IMG/VR virus record: IMGVR_UViG_3300023119_000021
DNA: 64,000 nucleotides
Source: an uncultured virus (IMG/VR IMGVR_UViG_3300023119_000021)
Taxonomy: Duplodnaviria; Heunggongvirae; Uroviricota; Caudoviricetes; Crassvirales
Reading direction: 5' to 3' (one strand)
Part shown: piece by piece, positions 17,082 to 27,330 of the stretch
How the letters are laid out: the number at the start of each line of letters is the position of its first letter
Numbering within the stretch: the stretch's first letter is position 1
The notes under the pieces: generated by a model
What the model was told of the DNA's origin: nothing
Databases searched by the model: none
Seen by the model: the letters and a program-made list of their open reading frames with translations, nothing else
Translations under genes and position numbers: made by a program

Positions 17082-17352
17082 TATAGACGGAGACGGAAAG
17101 GCTGATGTTTCAATCAGCATCACACAGATAATAACGATCTTAGCTATGTTTGCTTCTATTGTAGGTTCTTATTACACTCTTTCCAACAGAATAACTATTG
17201 CGGAAGAGGAAGTGGAAAAACTAAAATATAATCAAAAAGAATACACTTGGAAAAACCAAAGAGCTTTAGAGGAAGAAGTTAAAAACATGAAGCTTGAGAT
17301 GAGGGATTTTATGAAAGACCTTGAGTGGATTCAAAAGGATAAAAGAAAATAA
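17068..17352 (+). CDS. Single-TM coiled-coil protein
   Basis: DIDGDG motif, TM segment, then coiled coil. Confidence 0.65.
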   Translation: MAKIDIDGDGKADVSISITQIITILAMFASIVGSYYTLSNRITIAEEEVEKLKYNQKEYTWKNQRALEEEVKNMKLEMRDFMKDLEWIQKDKRK

Positions 17353-17600
17353 TGGCATTAGGAAAAACAGCACGGTACTACAGAGACAACCTTGAAGCAA
17401 GGGCTGTAAAGGCTGCTTATGACAAAAAATTTCAAAAGAAAAAAAATCAAGTCAAGAAGCGTGTTGAATGCAATAAGTTTAACAGAGACAATAAAAAGTA
17501 TGGGAATGGAGACCATATGGACTGCTCTCATAAAAACGGTACATTAGTGTACGAACACAGGAAAAAAAACAGAGCCAGAGGAGGCGCAAAAAGAGCTTAA
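17352..17600 (+). CDS. Small basic HNH-like protein
   Basis: GDHMDCSHKNG...KNRARGG resembles degenerate HNH-type phage proteins. Confidence 0.5.
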   Translation: MALGKTARYYRDNLEARAVKAAYDKKFQKKKNQVKKRVECNKFNRDNKKYGNGDHMDCSHKNGTLVYEHRKKNRARGGAKRA

Positions 17601-17617
17601 TTTTAATTTATATACAC

Positions 17618-17914
17618 ATGACAACTATTATTTTTATTTTAATCGCAGTTATAGCACTTTTAGTAGTGGTTAATATTGCAGCAATTTGGATGACCAGAAA
17701 AGGTTTGACTCGTGATGACAACAACAACATGATTCCTGACCTCTTAGAGGAGAAAATGGCTGAACTGAAGCAAGATGTATCTATTCGTGTAGAACGTGTA
17801 GGAGAAGAGCTTAAAGACGTTGGTAAGGCTATTAAAGAAGTTGGTAATCAACTTGGAGATATCCCTGCGGCTGCTACAGGAAAAACAAGACCAGGACGCA
17901 AGCCTAAAAAATAA
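17618..17914 (+). CDS. N-terminal TM plus coiled-coil protein (possible lysis accessory)
   Basis: Hydrophobic residues 4-24, DDNNNMIPD, coiled coil, basic tail. Confidence 0.6.
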   Translation: MTTIIFILIAVIALLVVVNIAAIWMTRKGLTRDDNNNMIPDLLEEKMAELKQDVSIRVERVGEELKDVGKAIKEVGNQLGDIPAAATGKTRPGRKPKK

Positions 17915-17919
17915 AACAA

Positions 17920-18120
17920 ATGCCAAGAATTGAAACATACGTTGAGGATCAACAGATATCTGATGCGGATGTACTATTAGGTAGTGATGGGGACAATAAC
18001 AACGTAACCAAAAAATTTACTGTAGGCGATCTTAAGACGTATATTATTCCGTCAGGAGGTCAGGCTGGGCAAGTTTTAAAGTCTGACGGTCTTGGTGGAG
18101 TGTATTGGGATAATCCATAA
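17920..18120 (+). CDS. Small virion-associated protein with shared N-terminal module
   Basis: MPRIETY..D..LGSDGDN..TKKFT, paralogous to 20759; GQAGQVLKSDG fibre motif. Confidence 0.65.
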   Translation: MPRIETYVEDQQISDADVLLGSDGDNNNVTKKFTVGDLKTYIIPSGGQAGQVLKSDGLGGVYWDNP

Positions 18121-19784
18121 TGAGAGTTAGAGGTACACAAAAGCAGGTTGATGATTACACAAATGACCAAGCCATATCGCCAAATGATAAGGTAATTGGT
18201 CAAGACTCTCAGTTTTTTAAACATACAAAAAATTATACTGTACAAGGATTAGCTCTTCATGTTAGAGGAGGGGGTGGTGGATATGGTCAGGTATTAACAA
18301 ATAACGGTGATGGTACTTGGAGTTTTCAAGGAGAGATTCAGACTACAACTACAACATTAGCTCCTGGAGCAACCACTACTACAACTGCAGCGCCAGGAAC
18401 TACGACAACAACTACGTCTGCTCCATTAACAACCACCACTACTACCTCAGCTCCAGTTACAACAACAACAACGCAAGCAGGAACTACAACAACGACAACT
18501 TCTGCCCCTGCAACAACCACTACCACAACTCAAGCTGGAACCACTACTACTACGACTGCGGCAGCTACTACTACAACCACCACACAGGCAGCTACTACTA
18601 CAACTACGACTGCGGCAGCTACTACTACAACTACGACACAAGCTGCTACAACAACTACAACTACGACACAAGCTGCTACAACAACTACAACTACTGCTGC
18701 TGCTACAACAACTACAACTACTCAAGCGTTTACTTCATATACGCTTCAGTATCCTGTAACAGATAACTCTACAGATTTTACTACATATGAAATAACAGAT
18801 ACATCAGGAGGTAAATGGGAAGTTACTGTTAAGGGGATTAGTTTGCTCAAATCAGCTGCAACTCCAACAATCGTTTCTGGAGGCTCTGGAGTGACAATAG
18901 GAAGTGCTGGGACAAATCAACTTAGTGAATGGGGTTATGGGGGTAATGTCGCTGTAAATGTACAGTATGGTGAAACTCTTTATGATTTATATAACCAAAC
19001 AGGCACATATACAACCAAGCAGGTTAACTTTAAAAATGGATCATCTACAGATTGGTATGTAGTTGGAGGTGGTATACATAATGATAATGAAAAAACTGTA
19101 GCAGGAACATTTTACCAACCTAATGGATACTATAGATATGGTTTTCCAGGAGCGACAATGGACTATGCTGAAGTTCAAAATGGAATAGTACAAAGTTTAG
19201 GTCAGATAACTTCATCTCCAACCACCACAACAACCACTGTGGCACCTACTACGACTACGACAACTGCTGACCCATACAATGGATTAACGCCTTTCTACGT
19301 GCAAGATAATGGAAGCGGTGGTGTATTGAGAGAAACTATTAGTGGGGCATATCAATCATGTATACCTAAATACGGAATAACCATAGAGATGTATCATGAT
19401 GGAATTTATCCATTGCCACAAGTGGGTGACAAAGTATACACTTATCCAGATCCACAGTCTTACAATACATTTACAGGATATGGTTACAAGTATCAAATAG
19501 CTACTGTTGATGGTAAAAATGGAACCTATCCTGAAGGTGCTATGCAGATGAATGATTCTAACGGTTCTGTTTCTCAAAGATGGTTTGAATGTGAAGATAC
19601 TGGAATATGGGACTTCCAAAATCCAAGTAGTATTTCTGTTAATCTTACATATACTGAAGAAGACGGAACAGTAACTACAGTATCTGTACCTTCTCAAGCA
19701 ACTCACAGGTCTCCATGTGTAAGACACCAAACATTTGTAGAGCAATATACTTTTAACAAAACAAGAGTTGGCGATTGTCCATAG
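18120..19784 (+). CDS. Mucin-like Thr-rich virion/fibre protein
   Basis: About 125-residue (T5-8 + AP/QA/AA) tract at 18342-18723, a second tract near 19221-19266, and Cys-flanked beta modules. Confidence 0.8.
   Translation: MRVRGTQKQVDDYTNDQAISPNDKVIGQDSQFFKHTKNYTVQGLALHVRGGGGGYGQVLTNNGDGTWSFQGEIQTTTTTLAPGATTTTTAAPGTTTTTTSAPLTTTTTTSAPVTTTTTQAGTTTTTTSAPATTTTTTQAGTTTTTTAAATTTTTTQAATTTTTTAAATTTTTTQAATTTTTTTQAATTTTTTAAATTTTTTQAFTSYTLQYPVTDNSTDFTTYEITDTSGGKWEVTVKGISLLKSAATPTIVSGGSGVTIGSAGTNQLSEWGYGGNVAVNVQYGETLYDLYNQTGTYTTKQVNFKNGSSTDWYVVGGGIHNDNEKTVAGTFYQPNGYYRYGFPGATMDYAEVQNGIVQSLGQITSSPTTTTTTVAPTTTTTTADPYNGLTPFYVQDNGSGGVLRETISGAYQSCIPKYGITIEMYHDGIYPLPQVGDKVYTYPDPQSYNTFTGYGYKYQIATVDGKNGTYPEGAMQMNDSNGSVSQRWFECEDTGIWDFQNPSSISVNLTYTEEDGTVTTVSVPSQATHRSPCVRHQTFVEQYTFNKTRVGDCP
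18342..18723 (+). repeat. Coding tandem repeat (ACN-rich, poly-Thr)
   Basis: Imperfect tandem units such as ACTACGACTGCGGCAGCTACTACTACAAC and ACTACGACACAAGCTGCTACAACAACTACAACT, each present twice. Confidence 0.9.
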
Positions 19785-19798
19785 TAAAATAAAATAAA

Positions 19799-20257
19799 AT
19801 GAAAATATCAGAACATATAAGCTTTCAAGAAGCAATTAAGTCTAACACAGCCCTTAGAAGGGGTATAAATAACGAACCAGATGATTATCAAATTACTAAT
19901 ATGGTTGGCATTGCTCACAATGTTTTCGAGCCTCTTAGAGAGTATGTAGGAGGTCCAATCAAAATAAATAGCATGTTCAGATGTGAAGAGCTAAATCGTG
20001 CTATTGGTGGATCTTCTCGGTCACAACATTGCGAAGGAAGAGCGATTGACTTAGACGATACATTCGGATATAAAACAAACGCAGAGATGTTTGAATACAT
20101 AAGAAAAAACCTCAGCTTCGACCAATTAATTTGGGAGTTTGGGGATGATAATAACCCTGCTTGGGTTCATGTTAGCTACATTTCTAAAGATGAAAATAGA
20201 GGACGTGTAATGCGTGCTGAAAAAATAAATGGTAAAACACAATACAGATACATATGA
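19799..20257 (+). CDS. Endolysin, peptidase M15A family
   Basis: SMFR..LN.AIGG..SQH..GRAID...WVHVS zinc peptidase motifs. Confidence 0.9.
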   Translation: MKISEHISFQEAIKSNTALRRGINNEPDDYQITNMVGIAHNVFEPLREYVGGPIKINSMFRCEELNRAIGGSSRSQHCEGRAIDLDDTFGYKTNAEMFEYIRKNLSFDQLIWEFGDDNNPAWVHVSYISKDENRGRVMRAEKINGKTQYRYI

Positions 20258-20721
20258 GTGAAGAGAAAAAACCTTTTAAGGAAACAGGATTAGGAAAGAT
20301 ATTGCTTGGAGTATTGCCAAGCGTTGTTAAGGGTGCAAGCAAAGTATTACCAGATAGTGGAGTGCTTGGTGTTATTAAGAATCTTATAGATACTGACCCT
20401 GATATGTCAGAAGAAGAAAAAGCTGCGGCACATGATCAACTTGTAGAGCTTTACAGACTTGAGGTGGCGGATAGAGATTCAGCAAGAAAAAGAGAGGCTG
20501 CTATTGTAGCTTCTGGAGGTAGAGACTGGATGATGACCCTAACTGGTGTTGTTGGATTAGCAGCATTTGCATTTCTTGTATACACTGTTGTAACTACAAA
20601 AGTTCCAGAGACAAACAAAGAAATATTCATTCATATGATTGGTATTGTTGAAGGTGTTGCTCTTAGTATATTTGGATACTATTTTGGATCCGCAGTCAAG
20701 AAAGATGACAAAAACGGATAA
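20254..20721 (+). CDS. Holin-like membrane protein
   Basis: DRDSARKRE followed by two TM helices and YYFGS; coupled to the endolysin. Confidence 0.7.
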   Translation: MSEEKKPFKETGLGKILLGVLPSVVKGASKVLPDSGVLGVIKNLIDTDPDMSEEEKAAAHDQLVELYRLEVADRDSARKREAAIVASGGRDWMMTLTGVVGLAAFAFLVYTVVTTKVPETNKEIFIHMIGIVEGVALSIFGYYFGSAVKKDDKNG

Positions 20722-20733
20722 GCTTTATTTTTG

Positions 20734-20741
20734 TAAATTTG
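20734..20741 (+). promoter_or_regulatory. Late promoter -7 box
   Basis: Intergenic TAAATTTG; TTTGCATAAAAC is shared with the 48044 site. Confidence 0.55.
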
Positions 20742-20758
20742 CATAAAACTATTAGGTA

Positions 20759-21100
20759 ATGCCAAGAATAAGTACATATCCGAAAGATACTAATGTCAGT
20801 GGGAATGACATATGGATTGGATCGGATGGAGACAATGGACTGATAACAAAGAACTTTAGTCCAGATGGTCTTGGAACGTATTACAATGACAATAATACAT
20901 TTAATCAAGGCACATATAGTTTTGTTCAATCAAGTGCATCCTCTGTTTGGACTATAAATCATAATATGCAAAAGTATCCTGCCATTACAGTTGTGGATTC
21001 GTCTGGGAATGTAGTTGTAGGATTTGAAACATACAATAATAACAACCAGATAACAATAACATTTTCAGCACCCTTTTCTGGGACTGCTTACTTAAACTAA
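20759..21100 (+). CDS. Virion structural/fibre-associated protein
   Basis: Shared N-terminal module plus WTINHNMQKYP.ITVVD...ITFSAPFSGTAYLN. Confidence 0.75.
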   Translation: MPRISTYPKDTNVSGNDIWIGSDGDNGLITKNFSPDGLGTYYNDNNTFNQGTYSFVQSSASSVWTINHNMQKYPAITVVDSSGNVVVGFETYNNNNQITITFSAPFSGTAYLN

Positions 21101-21107
21101 GGGCAAT

Positions 21108-22187
21108 ATGGCAATAAATTACTTAAATAGCATAGACTTAAACAAGAATGAGCTTCAGAATGGAGTTATTCACGTCTTAGCTGCTGCACCAAGCAATCCA
21201 GTTGAAGGTCAAATTTATTATAACTCTACAGATAGTAGACTATACTTCTTTGATGGATCGAGTTGGATAGATGCTTCTGGTGATATTAAAAGTGTTACAA
21301 CACAAACTTCAAATCAACTTGATATAACAGATCCTAATGGTCCAAATCCAAGAGTTGACGTTATAACAGCTGCAGTGACAAATGGTGGAACTGCTTTAGT
21401 GACTTCTGGTGATATCTATAATCATGTTGCAAGTTCTATCGGAAATGTTTCAGTTACAATAAATGGAACTACAAATGAGGTTGAAGTAACAACTACTGGA
21501 ACTGGACAAGCGTTCGGAGATGGAGATACTATTACTGTGGGTCTTCCTAATGACGTTACTATCACAAATGACCTCAATGTAGGTAATAACTTAGATGTAA
21601 CAGGAAATGCTGTTATAGATGGAAACCTTACTGTTAGCGGAACAACTACTACTGTAAACTCCAATACAGTTAACATCGGAGATAGTATTATTACATTAAA
21701 CTCTGACGAAACAGGAGCTCCCTCTCAAGATGCAGGTATTGAGATAGAAAGAGGAACGTCTCCCAACAGAAGCCTTATATGGGACGAAAGTGCTGGAGAG
21801 TGGACCATTCAACAGGCATCTGGAACTTATGAAAGAATTGCAACATATGCAGACTCAGTAGAAGATGTTATTGTACAGGAAACAGGAGCTAGTGGTATTA
21901 CAGTTACAGAGACTCTTTCTGGTACAGACAACAGAATTAAAACATATGACCTTGCAGTTAATCTAGATGATTTAAGATACAAGGCAGATATTGGTGATGG
22001 ATCAACAACAGCTATTGCAGTTACACATAATCTTGGTACAGAGGATGTAATTGTTCAGCTTTTTGATAATTCAACAAAAGAAACAGTATATGCTGACGTT
22101 ACAAGAAACAGCGTAAATCAAGTTACAGTTAGCTTTGCTACTGCTCCATCATCAGCAGCCATCAGAGTGCTCATTCAGAAATTATAA
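21108..22187 (+). CDS. Tail fibre-like protein
   Basis: PSNPVEGQIYYN, GNLTVSGTTTTVNS..IGDSIITLN, AGIEIERG, VTHNLGT motifs. Confidence 0.8.
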   Translation: MAINYLNSIDLNKNELQNGVIHVLAAAPSNPVEGQIYYNSTDSRLYFFDGSSWIDASGDIKSVTTQTSNQLDITDPNGPNPRVDVITAAVTNGGTALVTSGDIYNHVASSIGNVSVTINGTTNEVEVTTTGTGQAFGDGDTITVGLPNDVTITNDLNVGNNLDVTGNAVIDGNLTVSGTTTTVNSNTVNIGDSIITLNSDETGAPSQDAGIEIERGTSPNRSLIWDESAGEWTIQQASGTYERIATYADSVEDVIVQETGASGITVTETLSGTDNRIKTYDLAVNLDDLRYKADIGDGSTTAIAVTHNLGTEDVIVQLFDNSTKETVYADVTRNSVNQVTVSFATAPSSAAIRVLIQKL

Positions 22188-22195
22188 TATAAAAC

Positions 22196-25100
22196 ATGGC
22201 GAATCGTTTCCTGAATAACATAACGATAAATGACGAGTATACGTTACCATCAGTAGACGGTACAGCTGGTCAGGCAATAACAACGGATGGTGCTGGAAAC
22301 TTAAGTTTTTCCACAGTTGATTCTGACTCAGCGCTTAAGATAACTCTTAGGGTTAAAAATGTATCTGGTGCAACTTTAAATGCAGGTACTCTTGTTAGAG
22401 TTGCTCCAACAGCTACTCCACCATCAGGAAATGTATTAGAGGTTGATGTTGCAGATAATAGCGCTGCATCTACAATGCCAGCAATTGGTATCACAATAGC
22501 GGCAATTACAGATGGAAGTGAAGGTGATGCGGTAGCTTTTGGTAGAGCAGATGGATTTTCTACATCTGGATATACAGAAGGAGACCCAATATGGGTTGGA
22601 TCAAATGGAGCTTTTGTAGGTACAAAACCAACAGGATCTGATTTAATTCAAAAGGTTGGGCAAATAATTAAAGTGCATGCTTCAAACGGAAGTATTGAAG
22701 TTTTTGGTGCTGGAAGAACAAATGATGTTCCTAATCTCTCTGTTGGTAAGATATGGGTTGGTACAACAACCAATACAGCAGAGTCTACTCTTGTAGAGAT
22801 AGATGAGACAAACAATATTTTAACTGTAGGAGGGAAGATATACTATTCAAACGTATTTTCTCAAGAATCAGATTTACCATCTGCGACTACCTATCACGGT
22901 ATGTTTGCTCATGTGCATGGAACTGGGTATGCTTACTATGCTCATGCAGGAGCTTGGGTTAAATTAGCTAAACACAGTGAGCTTGTTGCTGCGGCAAATG
23001 ATGCAACAATAACATTAACAGCTGGAACAGGATTATCGGGTGGTGGTACATTTACTACAGACCAAGCAACAGATAGCTCAGTTACAGTTAATTTAGCAGA
23101 TACAGCAGTAACTCCAGGAACTTATGGGGATGCTAATAATACTCCACAGATTACAATAGACCAACAAGGTCGTGTTACTTCTGCTACAACAGTTGCTACT
23201 GCAGGATCAGGTGGTGGAGGTGGTGGAAATGAGCTTTCTATTGAAAGAGATGTATTCACAGCAACTGCATTACAAACAGCATTTACAATATCATCTGAAA
23301 TAACTGCATCAAGTAATACACAGGTGTATATTGATGGGGTGTACCAAGCTAAAAGCAACTACACAACAAGCGGATCAACAATAACATTTTCAACAGGGGT
23401 TCCAGCAGGGGCTGAAGTTGAAGTTGTGCATTTTATTTCCGTATTATCAAAAGTTTATACAGATACGTTTACTGGAGACGCTTCTACATCCAATTTCACG
23501 GCTTCTAAGGACGTTACAGACGAAAACGTTACACAAGTATACATAGACGGAGTTTATCAGTCTAAAGATAACTATACGACTTCTGGGACAACTATCACTT
23601 TTTCCACCGCACCTCCAAGTGGTAGTGCAATAGAGGTCGTACATTTTACGCCTGCAGTTTATTCAACAATGAATAGCAACCAGTTTACTGGTACAGGGTC
23701 GCAAACAGATTTCACTTTAACGCAAGGGGTTACAGTTGATAATTCTTTTGTATTTATACAGGGTGTGTATCAAGAAAAGGACACATATTCTATAAGCGGA
23801 ACAACATTAACATTAACTCCCGCACCATTAAGCGGTTATAGTATTGAGGTTATCACAGTAGGGTCAGTATCTATATTTAATGATACGCTTTATGTGGATA
23901 ACTTTAACGGAACAGGTTTGCAGTCTGATTATATACTTTCTACAAGCCCTGCAAGTGAAAATGCTATCGATGTTTACATTAATGGATTATATCAGCAAAA
24001 AGATACATTTAGTTTGTCTGGAAGTACGTTGACATTTTCTGCAGCTCCTCCAAACGGTTCAACTATAGAGGTTAAATCAACAGGGGGGTTGAATAATGTT
24101 GTTTCTTCTTCAGGAGGCGGAATAGATTGGCAAACAACACCTAAAACAGCAGATTTTACTGCTACAGCAGGCGAAGGATACTTTGTAAATACTACAAGTG
24201 CTGCAGTAACTGTAACATTACCATCTTCTCCAACTGCTGGCGATGAATTAACTATAGTAGATTACGCTGGTACTGCTGGTACTAACAATATTACAATAAC
24301 ATCCTCTGATAATATTAATGGCTCATCTGATGATGTTAAAATAGATTACGAAAGAGGTGGAGTATCTTTAGTTTATGTAGATGCTACTCAAGGCTGGATA
24401 GCTTATAATGCCGCTAATGAAACTGCTACAAGTTTAATTGATTCACCTAATACAGTAACAGTTGATTATTTGGTAATTGCTGGAGGAGGTGGGGGTGGCT
24501 CTACTGGAGATAATATTGGTGCTGGAGGTGGAGGTGCTGGAGGGTTGCGCACATCTTATGGCTCAACAAGTGGAGGTGGAGCATCTGCTGAATCATCTTT
24601 AACAATATTCCCAGCCACAAATTATACTGTTACAGTAGGTAGTGGAGGTTCTACTATTCCTGGTAGCTATAATGCAACTGCAGGTGGTGATGGAAATAAT
24701 GGATCGGACTCTGTATTTTCAACCATAACATCTACTGGAGGTGGCGGCGGTGGTGGCGGTGGTAGTTCAAATAATCAATTCAATGGATTATCTGGAGGAT
24801 CTGGTGGTGGTGGATCTACTTGGGGATCTGGAACAGCTGGAGCTGCAACAAGTTCGCCAGTACAAGGATATGCTGGAGGTGCTGGAGCGGACGCTACTGG
24901 CACAAGAGTAGGTGCTGGAGGTGGCGGTGCTGGATCAGTTGGTTATGATGGAGGTAGTAATAATACTGGAACTATTGGTGATGGAGGTAGTGGCTTGGCT
25001 GTTAGTATTACAGGATCATCTGTTACTTATGCTGGCGGAGGCGGTGGTGGCGCTGGCACAAGCAGTGGATCTGGGGCTGATGGAATTGATGGCGGAGGTG

Positions 25101-25354
25101 ATGGAGGAAATCACTCTGCTGGTAATGGCACAAATGGTGCAACAAATACAGGTTCTGGTGGCGGTGGAGGTGCTGGATCTGGCGGTACAGGTGGTACAGG
25201 TGGCTCTGGAGTAGTTATACTACGCTATCCAAACACATACACAATAACAGAAACAACCTCGCCAAGTGTATTAACATTTAGTACTACAACAGATGGTAGC
25301 GACAAAGTTACTACGTTTACATCTGGAGAAAACGGAACTATACAATTTAGTTAA
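22196..25354 (+). CDS. Mosaic tail fibre with four VYIDGVYQ repeats and a C-terminal Gly-rich domain
   Basis: Four ~72-aa FTG..VYIDGVYQ..ITFSTAP repeats; YHGMFAHVH module; DYLVIAGGGGG...GSGVVILRYP. Confidence 0.85.
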   Translation: MANRFLNNITINDEYTLPSVDGTAGQAITTDGAGNLSFSTVDSDSALKITLRVKNVSGATLNAGTLVRVAPTATPPSGNVLEVDVADNSAASTMPAIGITIAAITDGSEGDAVAFGRADGFSTSGYTEGDPIWVGSNGAFVGTKPTGSDLIQKVGQIIKVHASNGSIEVFGAGRTNDVPNLSVGKIWVGTTTNTAESTLVEIDETNNILTVGGKIYYSNVFSQESDLPSATTYHGMFAHVHGTGYAYYAHAGAWVKLAKHSELVAAANDATITLTAGTGLSGGGTFTTDQATDSSVTVNLADTAVTPGTYGDANNTPQITIDQQGRVTSATTVATAGSGGGGGGNELSIERDVFTATALQTAFTISSEITASSNTQVYIDGVYQAKSNYTTSGSTITFSTGVPAGAEVEVVHFISVLSKVYTDTFTGDASTSNFTASKDVTDENVTQVYIDGVYQSKDNYTTSGTTITFSTAPPSGSAIEVVHFTPAVYSTMNSNQFTGTGSQTDFTLTQGVTVDNSFVFIQGVYQEKDTYSISGTTLTLTPAPLSGYSIEVITVGSVSIFNDTLYVDNFNGTGLQSDYILSTSPASENAIDVYINGLYQQKDTFSLSGSTLTFSAAPPNGSTIEVKSTGGLNNVVSSSGGGIDWQTTPKTADFTATAGEGYFVNTTSAAVTVTLPSSPTAGDELTIVDYAGTAGTNNITITSSDNINGSSDDVKIDYERGGVSLVYVDATQGWIAYNAANETATSLIDSPNTVTVDYLVIAGGGGGGSTGDNIGAGGGGAGGLRTSYGSTSGGGASAESSLTIFPATNYTVTVGSGGSTIPGSYNATAGGDGNNGSDSVFSTITSTGGGGGGGGGSSNNQFNGLSGGSGGGGSTWGSGTAGAATSSPVQGYAGGAGADATGTRVGAGGGGAGSVGYDGGSNNTGTIGDGGSGLAVSITGSSVTYAGGGGGGAGTSSGSGADGIDGGGDGGNHSAGNGTNGATNTGSGGGGGAGSGGTGGTGGSGVVILRYPNTYTITETTSPSVLTFSTTTDGSDKVTTFTSGENGTIQFS

Positions 25355-25356
25355 CT

Positions 25357-26574
25357 ATGGCATTAACAAAACTTACAACAGATTTAATTGACGGTTCTTT
25401 AGGAACAGACTGGCAGGCTACTACAAAAACAGCAGACTTTACAGCTGTAGCTGGGGAAGGTTATTTTGTTGACACCACAAGTGCTGCAATTACTGTTACA
25501 CTACCAAGTAGTCCAACTGCTGGAGATGAAGTTTCTATTATTGACTATGGAGCTAATGCCTCAACAAATAATATTACAATCACATCGAGTGATAATATAG
25601 AGGGTGCTGCTGATGATTTAACATTATCCACAAACAAAATATCAAAAACATTAGTTTATTCAGATGCTACTAAAGGCTGGTTAATTGCTAATGATGCAGG
25701 TGGAGCTGCACCAGCACCAGATTTAACAGTTGATTATTTAGTAGTTGCTGGTGGTGGCGGTGGGGGTAGATTAGGTGGTGGAGGTGGAGCTGGAGGTTTG
25801 AGATCTACAGTAGATTCATCTGGAGGCGGAGCATCTGCTGAATCATCTTTATCATTAGCTACTGCAACAGATTATACAGTGAGTGTAGGTCCTGGTGGCG
25901 GTGGTGGTACAAGTTTAAATGGATCAGCAACTAATGGCACAGGCTCAACTTTTGCTAATATAACATCTGATGGCGGTGGTGGTGGAGGTAATCATTCTTC
26001 TGGAGATGGTGCGGTTGGCGGCTCTGGAGGGGGTGGTTGTTCATCAGGCACTCAACATTATGGTGCATATGGAACATCTGGACAAGGATATGCTGGTGGT
26101 AATACCGGTCCAACCTCACCCGCTTATGGCGGTGGTGGAGGTGGTGGTGCTGGTGGTGCTGGAGCAAATGGAACATCAACAACTGGCGGAAATGGTGGTA
26201 TTGGTGATCAAATATCTATAACTGGAACAGCTACATATTATGCTGGAGGTGGTGGAGGTGGATGCCAAAGTAGTAATACTCCTGGTACTGGTGGATCTGG
26301 TGGTGGAGCGAATGGAACTGGTGACACATCTACTCCGAGTAATGCTACCCCTAACACTGGAGGTGGAGGAGGTGGTAGTGGATATACTACTGCTTTTGCT
26401 AATGGAGGCAATGGCGGATCTGGGGTAGTTATATTGAAATACCCAGATGCGTATACTATAAGTGAAACAACTTCACCGAGCGTACTAACATTTACTACTG
26501 ATTCATCATCGGTATCTGGATATAAGATTACAACATTCACAGCTGGAGAAAACGGAACTATACAATTTAGCTAA
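25357..26574 (+). CDS. Gly-rich fibre/receptor-binding protein, paralogue of the C-terminal part of 22196-25354
   Basis: Shares DWQ..KTADFTA.AGEGYFV and the C-terminal GENGTIQFS. Confidence 0.85.
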   Translation: MALTKLTTDLIDGSLGTDWQATTKTADFTAVAGEGYFVDTTSAAITVTLPSSPTAGDEVSIIDYGANASTNNITITSSDNIEGAADDLTLSTNKISKTLVYSDATKGWLIANDAGGAAPAPDLTVDYLVVAGGGGGGRLGGGGGAGGLRSTVDSSGGGASAESSLSLATATDYTVSVGPGGGGGTSLNGSATNGTGSTFANITSDGGGGGGNHSSGDGAVGGSGGGGCSSGTQHYGAYGTSGQGYAGGNTGPTSPAYGGGGGGGAGGAGANGTSTTGGNGGIGDQISITGTATYYAGGGGGGCQSSNTPGTGGSGGGANGTGDTSTPSNATPNTGGGGGGSGYTTAFANGGNGGSGVVILKYPDAYTISETTSPSVLTFTTDSSSVSGYKITTFTAGENGTIQFS

Positions 26575-26600
26575 TATGGTAAAAATTAATAATAAATAAA

Positions 26601-26999
26601 ATGGCACACTACGCATTACTAAACTATCAAAACATAGTTACTAAAGTTTGCACAGGCAAAAATGAAGATGAAACCGATGCTAATATCGAAATAGTCTATC
26701 AAAATATGTTTGGACAATTATGTAAGCGCACCTCTTATAATACCAGAGGCGGGGTACATTATGATCCTGAAACAGGAGAGCCAAGTGCTGATCAGTCAAA
26801 AGCATTTAGAAAGAACTATGCAGGAATAGGATATACATACGATGAATCTCGTGATGCTTTTATTCCGCCAAAACCATTTGATAGCTGGACATTAAACGAA
26901 GACAGCTGCCTATGGGAAGCTCCTGTAGCTATGCCAGACGATGGACAGCAATACTCTTGGAATGAAGAAACAACAAGTTGGGATTTAATAACAGAATAA
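26601..26999 (+). CDS. Fibre-associated accessory protein
   Basis: MAHYA..TSYNT..FRKNYAGIGYTYD..DAFIPPKP..W..PV motif, usually adjacent to Gly-rich fibres. Confidence 0.75.
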   Translation: MAHYALLNYQNIVTKVCTGKNEDETDANIEIVYQNMFGQLCKRTSYNTRGGVHYDPETGEPSADQSKAFRKNYAGIGYTYDESRDAFIPPKPFDSWTLNEDSCLWEAPVAMPDDGQQYSWNEETTSWDLITE

Positions 27000-27009
27000 A
27001 TAAATAATT

Positions 27010-27330
27010 ATGGCACTAACTAAAATCACGTCAAATGTTTTAGCGGACGAGTTTACTACAGTAGCAGCAATGTCAACTGATGACGTTGATTTTACGTCTG
27101 CTCAAGTATTTACAAAAACATTGTCAGCTGATACAACATTGACATTTTCAAACGTATCAACTGGAATGGTTAAAGACCTTGTGATCACAGGGGACTTTAC
27201 ATTAACTCTTCCAGGATCAGTTAAGGTTATATCTGGGACGTATGACGGAACAGTATCAAACCTAATTCAAATAGTAGCAACCAACGGTGCAACTGAACAG
27301 TGGGCATCTATAAGTCAAGAAGCAGTATGA
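27010..27330 (+). CDS. Small fibre-associated protein
   Basis: MALTK start shared with 25357; beta-rich. Confidence 0.7.
   Translation: MALTKITSNVLADEFTTVAAMSTDDVDFTSAQVFTKTLSADTTLTFSNVSTGMVKDLVITGDFTLTLPGSVKVISGTYDGTVSNLIQIVATNGATEQWASISQEAV

Noticed and set aside
18342..18723. CRISPR array
   Set aside because: The repeats are in-frame coding units without unique spacers, and no cas genes are present.
18317..18766. Asn/Tyr-rich, poly-Val and Cys/Ser-rich ORFs over the Thr repeat (also 44278-44490, 45637-45882, 49271-49468)
   Set aside because: Alternative-frame artefacts of ACN repeats.
24480..26420. Collagen-like repeats
   Set aside because: Gly runs are GGGG/GxG types of phage Gly-rich domains, not Gly-X-Y triplets.
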